A stretch of 64,000 nt of DNA, taken from positions 32,001 to 96,000 of the IMG/VR virus record IMGVR_UViG_3300023223_000669. One strand, written 5' to 3'. The notes under the pieces are model-generated. The model did not search any database, was not told the origin of the DNA, and saw only the letters and a program-made list of their open reading frames with translations. The stretch is from a virus. This document shows, piece by piece, positions 63,874 through 64,000 of this stretch. The position numbers were made by a program, and so were the translations under genes. Each line of letters opens with the position of its first letter. Position 1 is the first letter of the stretch.

Positions 63874-64000
63874 TGTCTGATGATATCGAATTACGTAAGG
63901 TTGGCGAAGTAGACATAGACTCTCTGCCTCGCGGCGTGAAAGCTATCATCTTTGCAGACAAGATAGTTTTTGCCCGTCGTACGGCTGGTCGCTTTGTACC
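63873..64000 (+). CDS. partial ORF running off the window
   Basis: MSDDIELRK..., TAATG coupling. Confidence 0.5.
   Translation, partial: MSDDIELRKVGEVDIDSLPRGVKAIIFADKIVFARRTAGRFV

Noticed and set aside
1-64000. Stop-codon reassignment, integrase, reverse transcriptase/DGR, rRNA
   Set aside because: Long genes are intact in code 11 with all three stops used; no such motifs seen.

Overview
A 64 kb segment of a large tailed dsDNA bacteriophage (siphovirus-like, ~1,800 aa tape measure protein), read in the standard genetic code. The host is uncertain; weak gene-level hints point to Planctomycetota. There are four blocks. (1) 607-5717: a leftward array of very small genes, most joined by a shared GCTTGAAAA junction motif. 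(2) 5728-15466: a rightward, apparently early block with an initiator-like tRNA-CAT, DUF932, an L7/L12-like gene, many sigma70 promoters with a 16-bp spacer feeding leaderless genes, palindromic promoter cassettes, and a duplicated ~173-bp non-coding element between back-to-back promoters. (3) 15545-29892: leftward accessory and metabolic genes (SET domain, AAA ATPase, metallophosphoesterase, RlaP-like nucleotidyltransferase, SLOG, dCMP deaminase, macrodomain, IscA, IscU, metzincin protease). (4) 30146-64000: rightward late/morphogenesis genes (sigma-like factor, two glycosyltransferases, GroES, ERCC4 nuclease, terminase, portal, protease/scaffold, capsid, neck, tail, tape measure) with HNH/EndoVII genes interspersed and a candidate late promoter TAGTGTAWT. 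All product calls come from reading motifs by eye; no database search was run.
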